The notes under the pieces were generated by a model that did no database searches, had not been told where the DNA came from, and saw only the letters and a list, made by a program, of their open reading frames with translations. A DNA stretch of 64,000 nt from Callorhinchus milii (lineage: Eukaryota), in contig NW_024704742.1 of NCBI RefSeq assembly GCF_018977255.1, positions 113,028,001 through 113,092,000 of the forward strand, written 5' to 3'. Within the stretch, counting starts at the first letter, position 1, and every line of letters starts with the position of its first letter. Below are positions 24,300 to 37,399 of this stretch, piece after piece. A program made the translations under genes and the position numbers.

Positions 24300-24660
24300 C
24301 ATTAGTTCAGATGAGTTATTAAACTGAAACTGAGTCCCAGCGCCTTGGGACGTCCTCCTGACGTGAAAGGCGCTCTATAAATGGAATCTTGTTGTTGTTG
24401 TTGTTGTGTTCCCATTTACTTGTTCAGGTAGACGTTAAAGGTCCCGTGACACTATTAGAAAAGGTAATGGAGTTTCCTCCAGTACTGACCAACAATATTC
24501 CAGAACAAATTGGTCTTTCATTTCATGGCTATTAGTGGGATATTGCTCTGCAAAATTATCTGCTGTATTTGCATGCAAGATACAGAGTCACTACACTTTA
24601 CAGTGAATCCTTTTAGAAGTCTTCTTGATGAAAAAGGCACTGTATTAAATGCAAGGATTA
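24300..24660 (+). mobile_element. Deu-domain SINE fragment with a ~70-nt L2 tail inserted at 24337-24407
   Basis: Deu core sequence on both sides of cagcgccttgggacgtcctcctgacgtgaaaggcgct...(ttg)n. Confidence 0.75.
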
Positions 24661-25751
24661 TGTTCTATATTCTAACCTTTCTCAGACACTCCTTTCAGAA
24701 TTTTGAAGTGTGACAGGCTGAGCTTGGTATTGTATGGTACTGTACTTCTAGCTCATTAATGAAACAAGAGTGTAAGATTTGAAAATTGTCTGCAGAACCC
24801 TCATGTATTCAGTCAAATATGAGTTTCCTTTTGTCCGCTCTCATATGTTACTGTTTCCAACCCCTTTCTCTTCTGTAATTAAATGTCAGACTATGCCTTA
24901 TTAAAATTGAAATATGAAAGTTCTTTATTTTTCTCCTCAGGGATTAAAATCCAGAATATTGAGGTCTCAAATGTTATTCACAAACAGAAGTCACTACATT
25001 AATTGCAGATTTAAGTTTGTGGCTGAAATTATGGAATTCACTGCTGAATTTGTTTAACATAAGTACAAAAAAATGTGCTATCTTGAAAGCTGGGAACCAT
25101 TTTGCTGTCAGGTTTTGCTTTTTGACCTTTTGATGGTCTTTTAGGGCCTTATGAGGAAGAGTACAAGAGATTTTTATTTTAAAGTAACACTTTCACTCTG
25201 AAGACAAAGTAAGATATGTCTCATTTTGATCTGAAAGATTGTCAGTTGTCATCAATTATTCTTCTGAGATTAAAGAGTTGGGTTTTGTAGCATGGTGTTG
25301 GTAATAGATGTGGAAGAGTGCAATGAGGCTACAGAGAGAGTGAGCACAGCAATAATAATAAAAATAATAATCCTTACATTTGGTACAGCAAGAGGAGATC
25401 TCAAAGTTCTTCACAGGAAGTACTGTGAAGTGCAGTGACTGTGTTCCCTATGGGCAAATGCACACAGCCATGTCCTACAAACAATCTTGAATTGATTAAT
25501 AATGCCCTATTGATGGTTACATATTGAAAAATGTTATGAAGTTACAACACTGTACACAGAAGTGAAGTGAACAGTTCCTCAATGTGACTTGTACTAATTT
25601 CTGCAGCAGAATGGATTTTTTTTAAAAAAACAGTAGCTAAAAGAGAGAATCATACGGTATCTCTGCTGCATAAACAAACATATGCAGCAAAGCTTCACTA
25701 AGCTTTACATTCTTTAATACACTTTATGGATTTGTTACTTTGCAGTCTTAG

Positions 25752-25820
25752 TGCAAGAATCAGATAAGCCCCATTTTGTGGATTACAACTGCTGGTGCAC
25801 TCAGACTAAATAAAATTGAG
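25752..25820 (+). CDS. Candidate 69-nt exon, copy B (CKNQISPILWITTAGALRLNKIE)
   Basis: Paralog of 21028-21096 with the same tag| and |gtactg boundaries. Confidence 0.35.
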
Positions 25821-25984
25821 GTACTGCAGAATACTATACATATGTACATATGCGTATGTTATGTCACGTATTGATCCAAGTCATGACATGAAACATTTTA
25901 TGGCCGGAAATGTTTCCTGAACATTACAGAGTAGACAATATGGCTTAAATTTGTCAATTGTCTATATTGCAATTAAATGTTTCA

Positions 25985-26199
25985 GAGTGTCAACCTGGTC
26001 CAATTGGTAGCACTCTCTCCTCTGAATCAATGGGTTGAGGGTTCAAGCCCCATGTTAGGATTTTGAGCTCTTAGGGTAGATTGTCAATGCAGTGCTGGGG
26101 GAATACTGCATTGTCGCGGGTGCTGTCCTTCAGATTATATGTTAAAACAAGGCCTATCTGCCTGTTCAGGTGGATGTTAAAGATCCCATAGTACTATGC
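25985..26199 (+). mobile_element. Deu-domain SINE, 3'-truncated
   Basis: Head and core match 9413-9620. Confidence 0.78.
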
Positions 26200-27935
26200 A
26201 GTGAGATAGGATTATGCGGTACTATCACATAGTACTATGTTTCCTGAACATTACAGGGTAGACAATATGGCTTAAATTTGTCAATTTTCAAATGTCTTGA
26301 CATCATTGCAATACTTACACGGGGGATACGAAGATGACAACAACTTGAATTTATATAGATCCGTTCACACAGGATAGTGACTCAGAGTTCTGTGAAAAGA
26401 TTGTCATTTGATATCTAAACCTTCCTTCACCTCTGGTCTTCCAGCTTCGCTCTCTCTCACTATTTTGCTCGTACCCTTAAAACACCCTCTTTTTATTAAT
26501 ATGGTGTTCATTATTCTTTTGATCCTGAGCAAATGCAGAACACCATTTGATGAAGAATTTCAACACATGTTGAGTGATAAGGGGCTGTAAAAATGCTTTG
26601 AACCTTTCAGTCGGGAGCATTGCATGTCAATGAAATATTTTAAAAGGATAATAATAATAATCTTTACATTTAATAAAGTGTTTTCCACATTAGTAGGACA
26701 TCTCAGAGTGCTTTACATGAATACTGTGAAGCGTAGTGACTGTGATTTTGTGGGTGAACGAGAGTCCTTTTGAAGGATAGAATGTATCACCTTTATCCTT
26801 TTGTACGATGTAATTGTATGTAAATAAAATAAGTTATGGGGAAAGTATGAAGGTACAGAAAGGGGTATTTTAGTTCCCATATGAAAAAATATTCCTCGTG
26901 CCATGTTTTAAATGTCTGCAGCAGGGATCAATATTAGTGACACATTTCTACGGTACTTACAGTAATGGCCTTTGTTTGTTACCTCTGACTCCTGTCAGTA
27001 ATAAAACTTCCAGACTCTGATCCCCATCTGAATCACAGAAAATATGTATTTTGCTTGGTTTGCTTGGTCCAACAGGACTTGATTTATCCAAGATGACTCA
27101 TCCTAAGTTCTGGGCAAAGTTAAACAGTTGAGAATTAACTGACCAAATTTCTGTTTGCCCTCTGTTTTTATATTCATGTCCCTCATGCACCTTGGTATCT
27201 GTGGTGAAAACAATAAATGCATCTGGGTCTTTGTTCTGTGCTTAAGCAGCTCAATTAACTAAAATCACTGGCTCATGTAACGTTCAAGAACTAAGCTGGA
27301 ATCAAGCCCTGACTTCACATAGTATAATGCTGCTTAGATAAGGCCGACAAGGTCCACAGAACTCAGTTTTGAGATAATGCGCATACTAATGACTCAGGAT
27401 ATGAGAAACTGCCTCGACTCAGAATAAAACTAGGAATAAAAGGAAAGGCTGGTTCAGGTACTCTGATAGATATTTGATAATGGTCAATGCTATTAGTAGG
27501 ATTGTGCCTTGCTTTTTCACCAACGGAAACAGCATGAGATTGAAAGGAAAACTTAGGAAACAGGTTTAGAAGCCAAATTGCAGATAATGGTTTCCCCTTG
27601 TACCTGCTGAACTTGGGAACTTTGCAGATGGCCTTTTGTATGTATTTTAGGAATGGCTGTCTTATTTTTGTCCTGTTATTGTATGTGTATTGAAATTATT
27701 CTTGTTAATTTTTTTTAGGTAGAATTGTCATTGGTTAGAACAGATTTATAATCACAGATTTATTAATGGATTACTTTTGTTTTAATTCACTTTGTCTCAG
27801 AAAGTTCCTTTTTTTAAAAAAATGACTTAGTACATTTAGGGGGGATGGGGGTGGGGTGGGGGGAGGGAGTGATGGCAAGCATCGCTGCCTTTTAAGTGTT
27901 TGATCTTTTTGCCCTCTGGTGTGTGGTTAGTCGCT

Positions 27936-28645
27936 TATGGAGTCCTGTAGCATAATGATTAGCATCCTCCCTGGTACCTCCCTACCTGTCCGACTTCCTC
28001 ACTGCCCCATCCACCACAGGTGCATCTGCTCGACTGGCACTGACCTCCTACTTGTTGCTTGCACACTCCGCTACACAATTGGAACTCGCTCTTTTAGTCA
28101 CTACGCCCCAAAACTGTGCAACATTCTCCCTTAATCCTTCCACCTTGCCCCCTCTCTTCCATTTTTCAAGTACTACCTGAAAACCTTCCTTTTCGACCTC
28201 CCGACTCCCCCCCCCCCCCGACAATCAGTCAGGCTCCGTCAGTGTTAAGCGCTCTGAGACACTGCCTTGCATGGAGGGTGCTCTTGAAGTGCAAGCTGTT
28301 GTTGCTGCAAGCAAGAGGACCTGGGTTCGATTCCCAGGCAGGGCAAAACATCAGGCAAGTTTCCTTACTCCACACACACAGTCTTTGTTTACTTTTCAGT
28401 AAGTAGGAACCTAATTGTTAGTCAATTGGCGGATCGCTTTTCCAGGGGTAATAATACCTCCAAAAAATAATAATAATATTTAGTCACTCAATCCATGTCT
28501 GTTTGAGGGATACTGCTGTGCACAATTGGCTGCCGCGTTTTCCCCACAAAATACACAGTCATTGCACTTGACAGTATATTCTGTGAAGCGCTTTGAGATA
28601 TCTCAATGACATGATGAAGCGTTATATCAAATGCAAGAATTGTTA
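27936..28645 (+). mobile_element. Long-form tRNA-headed SINE interrupted in its tRNA head by an L2 3' fragment (27965-28305)
   Basis: tggagtcctgtagcataatgattag | L2 ...gttgttg | ctgcaagcaagaggacctgggttcgattcccagg. Confidence 0.85.
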
Positions 28646-28708
28646 TTTAGACTTCCAGTCTTTCATCAGCTCCCCTTGAGACTCACCTCCCATTTCACTC
28701 GGTGCCTC

Positions 28709-29053
28709 TAATAATAATAATAATACTAATCCTTGCATTTTGATATAGCGCTTTTCAAGTCGGAAGGACGTCCCAAAGTGCTTCACAGAACACACTGTAA
28801 AGTGAATTGACTGTATATTTGTAGGTGAACGCAGCAGCCAATTGCGCACAGCAATATCCCACAGACAGCGGTAGATTGAAAATGACCAATTTATTATTGT
28901 TTTTGGTTTTGGAGGGATTACTATTTGGCTTATGGAGTAAGGAAACTTAAGTAAACTTAAGTAAGGAGTAAGGTTTCGCCCTTACCTGCCTGGAATTGAA
29001 CTCAGGTCTCTCGCTTGCAAAGCGAGTGCTCTAACCACTGAGCTACAGGACTC
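28709..29053 (-). mobile_element. Young tRNA-Ala-headed SINE (short form)
   Basis: Reverse complement of 17465-17774, with a scrambled internal duplication at about 28940-28985. Confidence 0.9.
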
Positions 29054-29414
29054 GATTCCAGACTTCTATTCCAGAAGTTAAGGATGAGATGACAATTGTG
29101 TAAGATGGGAAACAGCTGCTTCAACTTCTCTATGTGAAAAGGTATCAAATGTGTGCCAGTGGCTCAAGCGAGAAAGGCAGATGTTTTAAATGGTTTTAAT
29201 TTTAGTTCTTTACTTTAATAGTAAAAAAANCTCTATGACCTTGTTTCTGGTTGGCACCTTTCACACAAACTGGAAAGGAGTTATGTCATATTTATCTTAA
29301 TAATAATCTTAAACCCATCTAATCCTCAGGAGTCCAATGATGGGTTTGCTGTGCTCTTTCCTTCTCCAGTTAACCAGCTGGGAATGTACTGTGTGAATTT
29401 GTGATAGTGTAAAT

Positions 29415-29695
29415 CTGTCTCAGTTGGTAGCACTCTGGCCTCTGAGTCAGAAGGATGTGCATTCAAGACCAACTTTGGGACTTTGAACTCACAGTCTAGG
29501 CTGGCATTCCAGTACAGTAATGGGGAATGCTGTATTCATACCATCCTTCAGATGAAATGTTAAACCAAGGTCTTGGTCTCCCTGGTCTGGAGAATGTTAA
29601 AGATCTAATAGTACTCTTCAAGAAGAGAACAGAATTTCTCCCTGTGTCCAATCAACAATGCTCCAATAAAATTGGTCATTCCCTTCATGGTTGAA
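29415..29695 (+). mobile_element. Deu-domain SINE, followed by a SINE head (29715-29790) and a CR1 tail (29790-29875)
   Basis: ctcagttggtagcactctggcctctgagtcagaagg head and Deu core. Confidence 0.75.
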
Positions 29696-29928
29696 ACTAT
29701 TTCCACTGGCTATAGTGGAGTCCTGTAGCTCAGTGATTAGAGCACTCGCCTTACAAGCGAGACACCTGGGTTCAATTCTCGGCGGGAAGTGCGACTATTT
29801 GGATAACTCTTTCAAAAACCTGGCAAAGACACGATGGGCTGTAAGGCCTCTTTCTGTACTGTAGGATTCTATGAAGTGGTCTGACCAACCTCATAAGTTT
29901 TTCAGGAGAGACCAGGAATTTTATCTTC

Positions 29929-30282
29929 AATAATAATAATCCTTGCATTTGATATAACACCTCATCACATCGTTGAAATGTCTCTAAGTCCTTCTTGGAA
30001 AGTGAATAGACTGTACATTTTGTGGGCCAAAGGCCAATTGTGCACAGCAGTGTCCCACAAAGTCTTGGATTGAGCAACCAAATTATTATTATTATTTTTT
30101 TTGAAGGGATTATTATCCCTGGATAAGCGATCTGCCAATCGACCAATAACCGGGTTCCTACTTACCGCTAGGTAAACAGAGGTGTGTGAAGTAAGTAAAC
30201 TTGCCGAAAGTTTTGCCCTGCCCTGCAATCGAACCTGGCTGTTCTTACTTGCGAGGTGAGTACACTACACTACAGGACTCCA
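29929..30282 (-). mobile_element. tRNA-headed SINE (long form)
   Basis: gtggagtcctgtag head, internal segment and (TTA)n tail. Confidence 0.85.
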
Positions 30283-32921
30283 CACAATTTCTGACTGGAA
30301 CAGGCTATTAAGCAGAGAAGTTAGGCAAGGACACTCAACATCAATAACAACTTGCATTCATATAGCGCCCGTCACAATTGTTATTATTATTTTTTTGTGT
30401 CCCAGAGCTCTTAACGCACTCAACACATTTAAGAAACAGCTTGATGTTTTGATGGCAGGATGGTAGAATGGGTATTCTGGAATGATAACTACAAATGGAT
30501 TGTGAGGATTGTGATCTTGTGATAGAGTAATAATAATCCTTACATTTTATATAACACACTTCACATCAGGAGGGCATCCAAAATGTTTTGCAGGATATAG
30601 TAACAATAATAATAATCCCTGTGTTTGATATAGAGCCTTGTCATATTTTTGGGACGTCTCAAAGCTTTTCAAACTGTAAACTGCAATGACTGTATTTTGC
30701 AAGCTAGCACAACAAACAAATTGCACATTATAGTGTCCCTCAAACAGTGATGAAGTGAATGATCAATTTAATCTGGGGGATTGTTGGCCAGGGGTATGAC
30801 TGTAAAACTGTCAATTTACAGAAATGCTCATGTCTTTGAATTATGTATACAAGCTATGAGTTTAGAAGACAGAGAATAAAAATGGGATCACCATATCCAT
30901 TTGTAGTAATATGGATTATCCAGATATTTCACCATATTATCTACCAGAATTATATTGCAGGAGCCATTAGGGCACTACATAGGCATTTACTTGAGATGTA
31001 ACAATGATATACCAGATATAGTTATGTTTAAGCTATTCAGAGTTTTTTTTNACTCCAATTTGTTCTACAAGCTTTTTACACAGTATTTGAGCAATTATAG
31101 TGAAGAACCTTTTCTTAATGGCGTAGTGTTTGTGATTCTGCGTATTTTAAAATGCTGTTAACATCCATAGTGTCCCTGAAACACCTCAGCATTCAATCGC
31201 CATGGTATTAAAGAAGCGGGTACTATATGCTTTAGGCAGATAAGAGTTTATATCCTTGCTATTCAAAGATGTTCTCAGAGCTCTTCCGTTTAGCTGCATG
31301 ATAAAAGGAAACTGCCACTGGTAACATCATTTTCCAATTGATCACAGCTTGTCTGCTTAGCAAGAAGCACAGGGTTGAAGACTGAACAATTATGCCTTGA
31401 GCACATTGGCTTGTTCAGCTTAAAGTGATCAATAAATAATGACTAAATACTGGCATATATTCAGTAGTGGAGGATGGTGCATGAAATCATCTCTCCTTAA
31501 CAAAAATAAAAAGAGAAATCAATGTAAATCTGACCACAACTCAACAACAACAACAAAATTAAATTTATAGAGCACCTTTCACATCAAGAAGACGTCCCAA
31601 GGCGCTGAACTCAGACTCTAAAATGAATGAATTTCTGCTGGACAGTTTCTTCCACAGTATAAACGTTGATAATGTTTTGTGGGTGGTGTGTGTTGTGTGA
31701 AAACCTGCCAACTAAATATTTTTCAATCAACAGGGTCGAACAAAAAAAAGTACATTTCTGTGGCACAATTGGTCCTTATAAATCTTAAGATTTGTTGTAA
31801 GTGGAAATAGATATAACAAACATTTTACATCAGTAAACAGCTAAAACAGCCAAGAACGGACACTTTTTGTCACAGGCTTTTAGGAACAAAATTACCTCCT
31901 TTGCAAGCTTAGATGAGAATCAGTGCAGGTAATGGCTACTCTTTTAATAGGTGTTCCAAAGAGACATGCTGATGAAAGGCCATGTACATGAAGAGAGAAA
32001 AAGCTAAGGTAGAGAGATTGCAGCTAATTATTTTCTAGATCAGTGAATCAGGAATGTAACAAACCTCTTTTCAGCTGGGAAAAATATCCTGCAGTGTAGT
32101 TCATTTACATTCCTGCTTCTTGAGTAAGGTATGTTAATAAAAGAACATGAAAATGTTCAAAAGGTAGTCTGAAAGTGAAATATTTTGCTTCACCTCATGA
32201 AGGTTAATCACAGTTTGCTCATTTTTTGGGGGATTATTATCTAGCTGTGGTTTATTCTCTAAATAAATCAATATCGAAACACAGCTTCTGGCTATGGGAT
32301 GAAAAGAAGTGGTAGGTTATGCATTTGAAAGTCAGAACATGAATGAATTACAAACTTGAAACAATTGCCTAATTTTTAGGACTTAATTAAAGGGAAACTT
32401 TCAAACCCTTGAATGTTCTTTTATTATTCAACAGCTGTTAGCATTTTGATCACTCCAGGATTCTTAGAATTTAGAAATAATTTCACAAATGATTAAATAA
32501 TATGTTACAAATGTATCATGCATTTAATACTTAATATTTTCCACATGTATCAGTTTTATTTCAAAGGGCCCAGAAGCACAACTCTTAATGAAAGGCAGGG
32601 TGGCATTTGGAATTAATTTTAGCCACGTCAGAAGAAACGTGTACTCCAGTCAATCAGAACGCAGGAAGAATTTTAACCTCACATTTCTGCTTCATGTTTT
32701 TTTTATTGTGTTATTCACCACAACTAAGGATTTGACTTGAAGCAAATATATTGGTTTGGTGAAGTTTATAGCTTGATTCAATTGGTAACACACAGACCTC
32801 TGAGTCAGAAAGTTGTAACTACACTACATTGTTGAAGAGACCATCCTTCAGACGAGGTGGTGAAGTACCTGTTCAGGTGAACAATAAAGAACATTAAAGA
32901 ACCCAAGATACTATTTGAAGG

Positions 32922-34220
32922 AAAACACAAAATACTGCAGATGCTGGATTCCTCCCTTTCCTCCTTCAAGCCCGGTCTCAAGACCTTTCTCTTTGACCGT
33001 GCCTTCAGCTCTCCTCTCGACTCTCTACCCCCTCCTCGCTCCCTCCCGTCCCTCACCCTGACCATTTCCCCCCTGCTCAGGTCCTGACCCAACTGTCCAG
33101 CGCCCTGGGATGTCCTCCCGACGTGAAAGGCGCTCTATAAATGGAATCTTGTTGTTGTTGTTGTATCTGAAACAAAAACAGAAGTCGCTGGGAACGCTCA
33201 TCAGGTCAGGCAGTATCTATAGAAAAAGGAAAGTGGGTCAACGTTTTGGGTCCACAATCCTTCGGCAGAACTGGGGCATATTGGGAGGGAATGGCTTTTA
33301 ACACAAAAAACAACAAAATTACATTTGTATAACGCCTTTCACATCGGGAGGACATCCCAAGGCGCTGGACAGAGTTATGGACACGAGCTGAGGGTAGGGT
33401 TGGGGAAGGTGGAGGGCAGGGGGGGAAGCAGGATGATTAAAAGCACGGTCGAAGAGGAGGGTCTTGAGATGAGTCTTGAAGGTGGCGAGGGAAGGGTGAG
33501 ATGGAGGGACTGCGGGATGGAGTTCCAGAGGGTGGGAGTAGAGTGGCGGAAGGCTCACCCACTGATAATGGGCCAAGCAAGGCCGGGGACGTGAAGCAGG
33601 CCAGAGCCCGCTGAGCAGAGGGAGCGAACAGGATGGTAGGGGGTTAGGAGGTCGCAGAGGTAGGGACTAACAGAGAGGGGGGAGGCAGGGCAAGGAAGAC
33701 AAAGGAGACCATGGGGTAGAGGACAGGAGATGATGGGTTAAAGAGGTGTTAATGATGCAAAACAAAGGGAGGGGAATTGCAACAAAACAGGGCGAACAGA
33801 GGTGTTAGTAATGCAAATCAAAGGGGGTAAATGCAACAAACAGACAGACCAGAGAGAGCAAAGGTGTGTCTGGGACCCAGATGATGTGGTAATGGTCACA
33901 GAAGAGGGGGAGGGGAAGGTGAGCTGTTATGGTCTGAAATTATTGAAATCAATATTGAGGCCAGAGGGCTTGTAAGGTCCCTAGCAGATAGATGAGATGC
34001 TGTTCCTCGAGCTTGCACTGTGGTTCATTAGAACAGTGTAGGAGACCATGGATTGAGAGGTCAGAGTGAGGGTGGGAGCCAAAGTTGAAGTGGCAAGAAA
34101 TCAGAAGCTCAGAGTTGTGCTTGCAGACAGAACGGAGGTGTTCAGCAAATCAGTCACCCACTCCGCATTTGGTCTCCCCAATCTAGAGGAGACTACAATG
34201 TGAGCCGCGAATGCTATAGT
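32922..34220 (-). mobile_element. Penelope-like element 3' part: GIY-YIG endonuclease, 3' UTR and pLTR, interrupted by two L2 3' ends (32950-33163 plus; 33305-33667 minus)
   Basis: Minus strand gives YSIRGSHCSLL*IGETKC...FAEHLRSV...CHFN and KLEEQHLIYLLGTLQ/PSGLNIDFNNF. The terminal repeat at 32922-32948 plus 33166-33275 matches 44355-44483. Confidence 0.85.
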
Positions 34221-34650
34221 GCAGCCCACCTCTACCTCCTCCCCAAGATCCACAAACAGGACTGTCAGTGCTTTGGAACGTCCTCCCGACATGAAAGGCA
34301 CTCTATCAATGTAATTTTGTTGTTGTCCTAGGAGACCTATTGTTTCAGCCTTTTCCTGCCCCACCGAACTGATATCCTCATATCTGGACTCCATTTTTGC
34401 TCCTCTTGTCCAGGCTCTACCAACCTACATCCGTGACTCTTCTGACGCCCTCCGCCACTTCAACAATTTCCATTTCCCTGGTCCTGACCATCTCCTATTT
34501 ACAATGGATGTTCAGTCCCTCTACACCTCCATCCCCCACAAGGGCAGCCTGCAGACCCTCTGCTTCCACTTTGAACATCGGCCCAACAAGTTTCCATTCA
34601 CCACCACACTCCTCCGCCTGGCTGTACTTGTTCTGACATTGAACAACTTG
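34221..34650 (+). mobile_element. Penelope-like reverse transcriptase fragment, inverted relative to the EN part
   Basis: LYLLPKIHK..RPIVSAFSCPTELISSYLDSIFAPLVQALPTYIRDS...LFTMDVQSLYTSIPH...LVLTLNN. Confidence 0.9.
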
Positions 34651-34920
34651 GTTTTGGGACGTCCTCACAATATGAAAGGTGCTTTACAAATGTAATTTTG
34701 TATTGTATTAATCACCTCCTGCCTGTTTGTGAGAATTGCTGTGTGCAAATTGGCTGCCGTTTTCAGCTACAAATAGTTATAGTATAATAATCTTTGATTT
34801 TAATATGATGCCTCATAACCCCGTTCAGATGTCTCAAAATGCTCCACAAGAATTACTGTAAAGTGTTGTGACTGTATTTGTAGGCAAACATGGAAATCAA
34901 TTTGTGTTCAAAAATAACAA

Positions 34921-35125
34921 CAGCCTCCCCGCCCCCTCTCTCCCCCTCTCCGTCCCCCCTCGCTCTCCCCTTCCTTTCCCCCACCCACCCCCACCTCTCT
35001 CTCTCCTCTGAATCCCTCCCTCTCCCAATCAGCCACGCTGTAGCAGCAGGAGCCGGTGGTTGTTAAGGACGCTCGAGTTGACTTCAGACGCGTGAAGTAT
35101 CACTTATTCAAAGACAGATTCGCTT
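34921..35125 (+). promoter_or_regulatory. Candidate promoter: GC box, pyrimidine tract, CCAAT box, RFX-like site and small CpG cluster
   Basis: ccccgccccc at 34927-34936, CCAATCAG at 35025-35032, ggttgttaaggacgc at 35058-35072, and 7 CpGs in 35030-35125 in otherwise CpG-poor unique DNA. Confidence 0.35.
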
Positions 35126-36214
35126 ATTTGGTCTAAGTTTGATGCTTCCAACTCCAAGCAAAGACAGCTCTGTATTTTTAAATGGGTTTGCAATCTACCT
35201 CGGTCTTTAGATCATAAATCTCACTCTTAACATTTCCTCAACGTTGTCAGCTCTAGGCACACATTTGTGTAAATTAAATAGTTATTGTCTGTACCACACT
35301 GGGATGTCTCCATTCAGATCTCCAGTGAGTATAGCTGAAGGCTTAATTGAAGAGAAAAGTTAGAGTAACATCCAGTAACAGTGTAATTGATGTATTCATT
35401 TGTTCCTGATCTGACCACGTGGATTGTATTCCACCTAGTATTGCTCCTGAGGTTCTCCCAGAGTTAGGTAGAAATCTTTAAATGAATAAATGTAAAATAG
35501 TTTCAATGACTGGTGTCTTTCATATTTCTATTGATTCAAATCTAAATTCCTGTACTATGGTCCATCTGTACCAGAAAGAGAATGCTATTTTTCAGACTTG
35601 GTTAACATGTACTTAGTATGTGTTTATTCAAATCATTGTGACTAATAATTTTTATTTCCTGATTAAAACTGGAAATTAAAAAGGAAACAATTTATTAGTT
35701 TACAGATACTGGGTCAAAGTAAAATGATAATAATAATAAAGAACCAATGTTTCTCCCACAATACATACAGTCAATTCGCTTTACAGTATATTCTGTGAAG
35801 CACTTTGAGACGTGATAAAGCGCTATATCAAATGCAAGGATTATTATTATTATGTGATTGCACTATCATCAATCTTGAAGTGTAAAGCAGATAAAACTGA
35901 ATACGTTAAGGGATGAGGTACTCTTATGTTATCAATTGGATCTATTAAATCCAACAACTGGATTAAATCCAATCCACTGAGTATGAGTAACGTAATTCTC
36001 CTGCACTTCTTCATGGTTAATTAAAAGGTGTTAAATGTTCTATATCTATACCACCCACTTAACACTTTTTTCACAATCCAAAGATTACACTCCTACAGAT
36101 GACAAAAGAAGCTACATATTTTTCTTTAACACATCATTATTTTTCAGATATCGTCTTCCCTTAGCTGGTTCGTCTTTTAATGCATGTCTTATTAAGGGCT
36201 AGGATCTCATTCAT

Positions 36215-36620
36215 TTGTTTTTTTGGTTTCCGAAACATGCAGAAACTCTTCACCATATTGAAGAGTATTCAAACCAGACTGAAAATTCCACATATGTATC
36301 CAACCTATGCATGGAAATTTCACTGCGTCTGGAATGGAGTGTATACTCACTCCCTGGGAGGGTGGAGGAATGCATACTGCTTGCCTAATTCCAGAAAGTA
36401 TTAGGCACAGTTCAGCATGAGCCAAGGTTTAGTGACCACAAACTATGCATGAGGTATTGTTGGAGATTAGCTATCTTAAACCACATAGCTTGCCATTGTG
36501 AGCATTGTCTATTAAACCACTTGTCCAGCTTTTACCAATCTACTCAGCAGTCCCTTGGAGTACTGCTCAGAAACTAGACAATCCAGACTGCCACAAAATA
36601 TTGACTCGATTCTGATATTT
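36215..36620 (+). repeat. Unclassified dispersed repeat (copy)
   Basis: Homologous to 38720-39275 (e.g. ttctagaaa/ctggaaa-tattaggcacag, taaaccacatagcttgccattg). Confidence 0.75.
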
Positions 36621-36807
36621 GCCTGTTAACTTTGCAAATCAAAATCTAATGGGTATAGTGGTCTTAGCTGAACAAGCAGTGGAAATCTTGCCAGATAGCT
36701 TTCTCAATAGCAAGTTATGCAGCTTTATTTAAATGCTTAAATTCCAGCAAGATTCTATTGCACACTCTGGGGTGTCCAACCCTTGGCTCTTAACAACCTG
36801 CACCTAA

Positions 36808-37197
36808 TAACAACAACAACAACTTTGATTTATATAACGCCTTCTACTCCGGACGGGTCTCAGAGTGCTTCACAGTAACGGATCCCAGGGCCGAGCCAGG
36901 GGAGGGGGAGGAAGGTGATCAAAGGCGCGGTCGAAAAGGAAGGTCTTCAGCAGAGACCTGAAAATAGGAAGGGAGGGAGCGAGGCGAAGGGAGTGAGGAA
37001 GGGAGTTCCAGAGCCTGGGGGCATAGTGGCTGAAGGCATGGCTGCCGAGTGTGGAGCAGAGGACTCGGGGGACGAGGAGGCCAGACCCGGAGGAACGAAG
37101 GCAACGGGTAATGTTTTGAGGAGAGAAGAGGTCAGAGAGATAGGGGTGTGCAGAGGAGTGCAGGGATTTGAATAGAAGTGTGAGGATCTTGAAGACT
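36808..37197 (-). mobile_element. Young L2 LINE 3' end (same family as 13770-15092)
   Basis: Tail ctctgagacccgtccggagtagaaggcgttatataaatc...gttgttg, shared with 13770-13835. Confidence 0.92.
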
Positions 37198-37399
37198 AGG
37201 AAAGCAGGGTTTGTCCCTCCAGGGAGTAAGTGTGCATTCCATTCCAGACACAGGGAATTTTCCACGTGTAGGTGTCTTACATATGTGGAAGTCGCATCTG
37301 TCTTGGATATTCTTAAGTATGATGATTGGTTTCTGCATGTGCCGAACACCCAGCTGACCCTAAAAATATAAGAAACCTTGGTATATCAATCTTTCTTCC

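Noticed and set aside
29230..31051. Single N bases at 29230 and 31051
   Set aside because: Both abut homopolymer runs, so they are sequencing or assembly ambiguity rather than biology.
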